From a virus, in the UHGV virus genome UHGV-1859364: 39,078 nt of DNA; one strand, 5' to 3'. Of this stretch, positions 35,074-39,078 are shown one piece after another. Made by a program: the position numbers and the translations under genes. Each line of letters starts with the position of its first letter. Position 1 is the first letter of the stretch. Under the pieces are notes generated by a model, which made no database searches, was not told where the DNA came from, and saw nothing but the letters and a program-made list of their open reading frames with translations.

Positions 35074-35361
35074 CTACAAAAATGTTATACAATTATATTC
35101 CCGGTTGATATCTGTCAATCCGAGAAACCACGAATCTAGCAGCAACTTCCCTCTGTCAGAAAGCCGCTCCCATTCGATCACGGTTCTTCCGCTCCCGGTA
35201 TCTGCCCTGATCCGGTCACCTGTCAGATCATTCAGCGAATTGATCAGGTTGCAGGTGAGAGCGGATACCGCTGCACATGCCCGGTCAATACCATCTGACC
35301 CTTTTCGGCAGGCATGGCCTTTTAATGCAAGCATGTCCTCTCGGACTTTCACCTCAATCAA
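35074..35361 (-). CDS. prp: Prp-like cysteine protease (DUF464; ribosomal-protein L27 N-terminal processing peptidase homolog)
   Basis: MIEVKVRED...KGHACRKGSDGIDRACAAVSALTCNLINSL matches the Prp/YsxB signature GHA...G.DIVCAAVSAL, including the His-Cys dyad. Confidence 0.8.
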   Translation of the reverse strand: MIEVKVREDMLALKGHACRKGSDGIDRACAAVSALTCNLINSLNDLTGDRIRADTGSGRTVIEWERLSDRGKLLLDSWFLGLTDINREYNCITFL

Positions 35362-35424
35362 ACAATCACTCCTTTACATTTCCGGTCATTCCCCGCCGGT
35401 GGGAGATATCGGATCACCGCCTTT

Positions 35425-35874
35425 CTATGGATAGTCGTTTGCCATCATTTTCTCGAGATACCATTTTTTTAATTGTTTTTCATTGTCAATCTGTCGCTCT
35501 ATCATTTCGATTTCGTTATCGATCATTCTGATCTGTTCTACAATGTATCGCTGGTCTTTCTCGTTGTCATGCCAGTCTAAAATAAAATTTACGAGAGTAC
35601 TAAACTGCAGATTGATTGTAGTCCTATATCTTCTTAAAAAATCTGGAAATACTCTTTTGATAGCTATGTAAAGGTAATCACAATCCACTTCTTTTTTCGG
35701 TTCAAACACTGCAAATCGGCTGTCTATGTTCCCAGCTTCCTTGATCTGTCCGACGAACTCATCGACTGCACTCAATTTAATAAAGCATGTACCGGCTTTA
35801 TATTTCTTTCCTGATACAGCTCTCTCAACAATGCACACTTCACTGATATTTCTTTTTCTGCATCTTAATTTCAT
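35425..35874 (-). CDS. hsdS: Type I restriction-modification specificity subunit, half-size (single-TRD HsdS)
   Basis: 149 aa with one TRD (ISEVCIVERA..G..YKAG.., YLYIAI) and the conserved C-terminal helix TTINLQFSTL...IVEQIRMIDNEIEMIERQIDNEKQLKKWYLEKMMA. It overlaps the hsdM stop. Confidence 0.7.
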   Translation of the reverse strand: MKLRCRKRNISEVCIVERAVSGKKYKAGTCFIKLSAVDEFVGQIKEAGNIDSRFAVFEPKKEVDCDYLYIAIKRVFPDFLRRYRTTINLQFSTLVNFILDWHDNEKDQRYIVEQIRMIDNEIEMIERQIDNEKQLKKWYLEKMMANDYP

Positions 35875-37097
35875 GTCCAGCTCAACTCCAACTGATCATA
35901 TTGTTTCTTTTCTGTTTTCCTTCTTTGCTTTGGATTTAAAATGATCTTATGCATCTCAATGGCATTCATATCCTCAGCGTTTCCAGTTAAATCCTGCAGC
36001 ATTTTATATAGCTCGTCTTTAACTTTTTTCTCTTCTTCGTCAATTTCTCTAAGATTCGTCAAAATCTTTCGTACATCTGGCAAAGGTTCATGCACGAAGC
36101 TGTCTACATACCTTGGTATGTTCAAATTGAAATCATTCTTTTCAATTTCCGAATAACTCGTAATATGCGAGTATCTCTCCACTTCTTGTCTGTTTAAAAA
36201 AGTATCTACAACTTTACCGGTCTGCTGTTCTGTCATATCGTTTTGTGCAGATTTTTTTATGAAATCTTTGCTCGCATCTATAAAAAGTATGTCCGGAGAA
36301 TCATATTGCAAAATTAAAACGAAAACCGGAATACTTGTATTTAAGAACAACTTATCCGGAAGTCCTATTACCGCATTGATTAAGCGCTCTTGCACTAACC
36401 ATTTTCGGATATCTCCTTCACCTGCCCCACGGAATAAAACACCATGCGGAAGAATTGCGATCAGTCGCCCGCCTCTGTTTAGATGCTCTAATCCACGTAA
36501 TATGAATCCATAATCTGCTTTACTTTTCGGTATTTTATGTCCCATGATTCTCATCTCATCCGCCTCCGGAAATTTCATGGAATACGGTGGATTCATGATT
36601 ACATTATCAAAACATCCTGCTTCTTGTCGTTCCTGTAAGGATACGATACTGATACCGCCCCGCTCTTCAAGTAAGTAGGTTTCCTGTACTGTATTCCTCA
36701 GACAATCCGCCTTGCTTATCGTGCCTTGCATACCGTTCATACATGCGTCCAGAATGGCAAATGGAATCGTCCTTTCAGAAAATTCCTGTTCGTTAATTTC
36801 AATCCCACGTTTTAATGCAGCCATTTTACTCAGAGCTCCTGTTCCGGAACACATATCCAAACAAGTACCGTCAATCATTAGATCGGCTACAATAGAGCAG
36901 ATGCAATCGGGTGTAAAATCTTGCTTTAAACTTTTTCTATCTCCCTGCTCTTCCTGGAACATATCCCGAATATCGCAAGAAATTTGTTCTTTAATCTGCG
37001 TGATAGTCTTTTCTGCATCCGGTGATAATAACATCTCCATTATTTTGTCCGGAAGCCGGTAAGATTCTTTTACGTCAAAAAACTCCTGAAGTGTCAT
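35871..37097 (-). CDS. hsdM: N6-adenine DNA methyltransferase, Type I HsdM-like
   Basis: Motif I DMCSGTGAL, motif IV VIMNPPYS and the HsdM-like FTPDCICSIVADLM are present. The start at 37097 (MTLQEFF) has RBS GGAGAGG 7 nt upstream. No hsdR lies nearby. Confidence 0.8.
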   Translation of the reverse strand: MTLQEFFDVKESYRLPDKIMEMLLSPDAEKTITQIKEQISCDIRDMFQEEQGDRKSLKQDFTPDCICSIVADLMIDGTCLDMCSGTGALSKMAALKRGIEINEQEFSERTIPFAILDACMNGMQGTISKADCLRNTVQETYLLEERGGISIVSLQERQEAGCFDNVIMNPPYSMKFPEADEMRIMGHKIPKSKADYGFILRGLEHLNRGGRLIAILPHGVLFRGAGEGDIRKWLVQERLINAVIGLPDKLFLNTSIPVFVLILQYDSPDILFIDASKDFIKKSAQNDMTEQQTGKVVDTFLNRQEVERYSHITSYSEIEKNDFNLNIPRYVDSFVHEPLPDVRKILTNLREIDEEEKKVKDELYKMLQDLTGNAEDMNAIEMHKIILNPKQRRKTEKKQYDQLELSWT

Positions 37098-37164
37098 ACC
37101 ACAACCTCTCCTCGCCTTAAAAATGGGTACAAAAATACCACTCACTCTCTCGAATGGGTGGTAT

Positions 37165-37422
37165 CTATTCAATTTGTTTCATTTCATCTTCTATTTCTTC
37201 TCTTTTCCAACCTTCCTCTGAGAGAATATCTAAGATTTCTTCCGGCTCACACAATATCTCTTCCAATTTCCAAATTCTTTCACGCAAGTGTGTTCTTCTG
37301 ACGGCAAATTCTATTTCTTCATCAGAATCCCCTAGCCTTCTAAAAACATCTTTCATTTCCTCATCTTCAATTTCCTGAAGTTTTTTATCGATATCAGGTG
37401 TATCTGGGTCAAACATTGTCAT
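37165..37422 (-). CDS. Highly acidic small protein (candidate DNA-mimic / anti-restriction or packaged protein)
   Basis: 85 aa with more than 35% Asp+Glu (EIEDEEMKD...SDEEIEF...EEILCEPEEILDILSEEGWKREEIEDEMKQIE). Its ATG overlaps the MuF stop (TAATG), with RBS GGAGGG 6 nt upstream. Confidence 0.5.
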   Translation of the reverse strand: MTMFDPDTPDIDKKLQEIEDEEMKDVFRRLGDSDEEIEFAVRRTHLRERIWKLEEILCEPEEILDILSEEGWKREEIEDEMKQIE

Positions 37423-39078
37423 TATAATCCCTCCATGATTTCTTCGAGTATTTCACCAAAGATTCTTGCTGCTTCTCGTGGTTTTTTACTAGTCATATAT
37501 TCAGAAAAACATTCCGCAAAGAACTCTCGCTCATTTTTGTAAGCGTATTCTGAAATATGCTTTGTGATGAATTCCTTTTTAGAAAAATCTAACGCATCGT
37601 TCAGTTCTCGTCCTTTGTAGCCCATTCTAGTCCAGTCTGCACGCTCCGCACGTGTATAATCAAAATATCCTAATCTTTGTAAGACTTCTCTCCTAACTGC
37701 TACGCTCGTCCTTGTTACACCATATTTTTCTATCTTTCCTCCATATATACCTTTCCATGTAAGGTAACCATCTAACTGATGTCCCATTTCATGAACGATT
37801 ATACTGTCGGCGGTAGTTCCAAGTGGAGAAAATCCAATTTTTATATAATGCTCATATTTTTTCTTTAACTTTTCGTAATCCGAAAAATAGGAACTAAGTT
37901 TAATAACACCATGCATAGAACTGCTTGAGGCAATCGACTTCAAATCTGAATCATATATGATTTTATTTGTATATCCTTTGAGCTGCGGAAATTTGTCAAA
38001 TACTTTCTTAATTCCATTATATACCGATTTTCTTGATTTTTCATCAACTTTACTGAAATCAATTTTATCCTTACCGATACCCATTACTTTTGATAATTTT
38101 GACTTTTCAAACAAGTTATCTGTACTGGAGGCTTTTATAACCATTTTTCTGGATATTTTTCCAGGTGCAACCCTGCCTTTCATATCCAAATAAATTCTTT
38201 CACGTTCCTGTTTAAGTCCCATTTTCTTCGAGAACCTTGCATACTCATCTAACTGTCCTTGGTACTTACATCGAGCTAACATAACATCATCCGGATCAGC
38301 ACCGCATTTTTGCAATAGCTGCACCTTTTCACGCTGTGCCCGCATAGCAGTTTCCATTTGACGCTGCCGTTGTTTTGCTTCGTAAAGAGTGTATTCTTTA
38401 CCACGGAACTCGGTCGGCTCGCTTTCTTTCCGATTCTGTTCGTCTAGCCAGTCATCCGTATAAGCTCGTACCGATACACCGGGAACAAAAGGGAAGTAAG
38501 TATGGTAGCAGTTTGCTCCACATAGTCCGGTTACTGTACCGAGTCCACAGACATCATACAATTGCTGTTGACTCCACACTCTGCCCTGCCATATCGTATG
38601 CGTTGGTCTCGCCCCTGCGTGCCATTCCACTTCAAAATATTCCGTACCGAGCTTTTCAGCATTATATTCCGCAATCTTCCCAGAAAGCTGCGTCAGTCCG
38701 GTCATGACAGCCCGTCTTGCTGCGACCTCGATTCGATTTGCATACCCCGATGAATATTCTATCTGCCGAAGTCCGCTATTCGTGAGCTGAGTGACTACCC
38801 GCCGGAGAACTGTATTATAATCAAATGCTCCTGTGACAATGTCCATGCAGGCATTATCGAGATACCCACTGTATACCTGTGACAATGGAGTTAATACCTT
38901 TCTGCCACCGTAATCCAAATAAAAGCCTAGAGATCTTGTAATATTTTCCAAGTCCTCAAGGCTTTGCTTTTTGATAGCTGATGTCACCTGTATCAGATGT
39001 TCATTTTCTTCAAAAGGTATGTATTCCGCATTGATCTGTTCATAGAGGTCCTTGTTCCTGACGTATTCCCAGTCGATC
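37422..39078 (-). CDS. Minor head protein, SPP1 gp7 / Mu F-like with a C-terminal HExxH metallopeptidase-like domain. This is the 3' part of the gene that starts at 242 and wraps across the junction.
   Basis: The reading frame is open to the window edge and is in frame with 242..1; the joined gene is 1899 nt (632 aa). The Mu F core is ARPTHTIWQGRVW...GANCYHTYFP. The C-terminal ~300 aa contain IIVHEMGHQL and the downstream EREFFAECFSEYM, an HExxH...E zinc-peptidase signature. Confidence 0.8.
   Translation of the reverse strand, partial: IDWEYVRNKDLYEQINAEYIPFEENEHLIQVTSAIKKQSLEDLENITRSLGFYLDYGGRKVLTPLSQVYSGYLDNACMDIVTGAFDYNTVLRRVVTQLTNSGLRQIEYSSGYANRIEVAARRAVMTGLTQLSGKIAEYNAEKLGTEYFEVEWHAGARPTHTIWQGRVWSQQQLYDVCGLGTVTGLCGANCYHTYFPFVPGVSVRAYTDDWLDEQNRKESEPTEFRGKEYTLYEAKQRQRQMETAMRAQREKVQLLQKCGADPDDVMLARCKYQGQLDEYARFSKKMGLKQERERIYLDMKGRVAPGKISRKMVIKASSTDNLFEKSKLSKVMGIGKDKIDFSKVDEKSRKSVYNGIKKVFDKFPQLKGYTNKIIYDSDLKSIASSSSMHGVIKLSSYFSDYEKLKKKYEHYIKIGFSPLGTTADSIIVHEMGHQLDGYLTWKGIYGGKIEKYGVTRTSVAVRREVLQRLGYFDYTRAERADWTRMGYKGRELNDALDFSKKEFITKHISEYAYKNEREFFAECFSEYMTSKKPREAARIFGEILEEIMEGL

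Overview
The window is a complete, circularly permuted temperate siphovirus genome (about 39.1 kb) with SPP1/PBSX-like architecture. Codon usage and protein families point to a Firmicutes host, probably Clostridia/Lachnospiraceae-like. Almost every gene is on the minus strand. The exceptions are the plus-strand lysogeny genes: a cI-like repressor, a lipoprotein moron and a tyrosine integrase. A minus-strand gene that starts at 242 runs off the left edge and continues in frame at the right edge (39078), so the two window ends are contiguous on a circle or concatemer. Read as one leftward operon from the genetic switch (15142-15311) across the window junction, the order is: small early genes, a replication/recombination module (Gp157, Sak4/AAA_24, DUF669, ERCC4 nuclease, CHC2 primase zinc finger, DUF927-like helicase, putative iteron origin), a C5-methyltransferase with five tandem TRD-like repeats, a RinA/ArpU-like late activator, DUF4417 and an RGG/Gly-rich protein, terS, terL, portal, the MuF gene, the head/tail structural genes, a PBSX-like lysis cassette, and then the accessory cassette beside attP. 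The MuF/SPP1-gp7 head protein carries a C-terminal HExxH metallopeptidase-like domain. It is followed by an acidic 85-aa protein, a Type-I-like HsdM N6-methyltransferase with a half-size HsdS, and a Prp-like protease. The scaffold, major capsid and major tail proteins share L27-like N-terminal leaders. The structural module is scaffold, capsid, connectors, tail, a 1380-aa tape measure, Dit/Tal and tail-tip proteins, ending in XhlA, holin and an NlpC/P60 endolysin. attP (a tRNA 3' fragment flanked by ATGCAACACG arm repeats) lies between the integrase and a three-gene accessory cassette. Two genes of that cassette are driven by duplicated consensus promoters with a shared operator palindrome. 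The most interesting candidates for undescribed biology are the head-module cargo (MuF-peptidase, acidic protein, HsdM/half-HsdS, Prp with leader-tagged virion proteins) and the att-proximal cassette with the duplicated promoter and operator.
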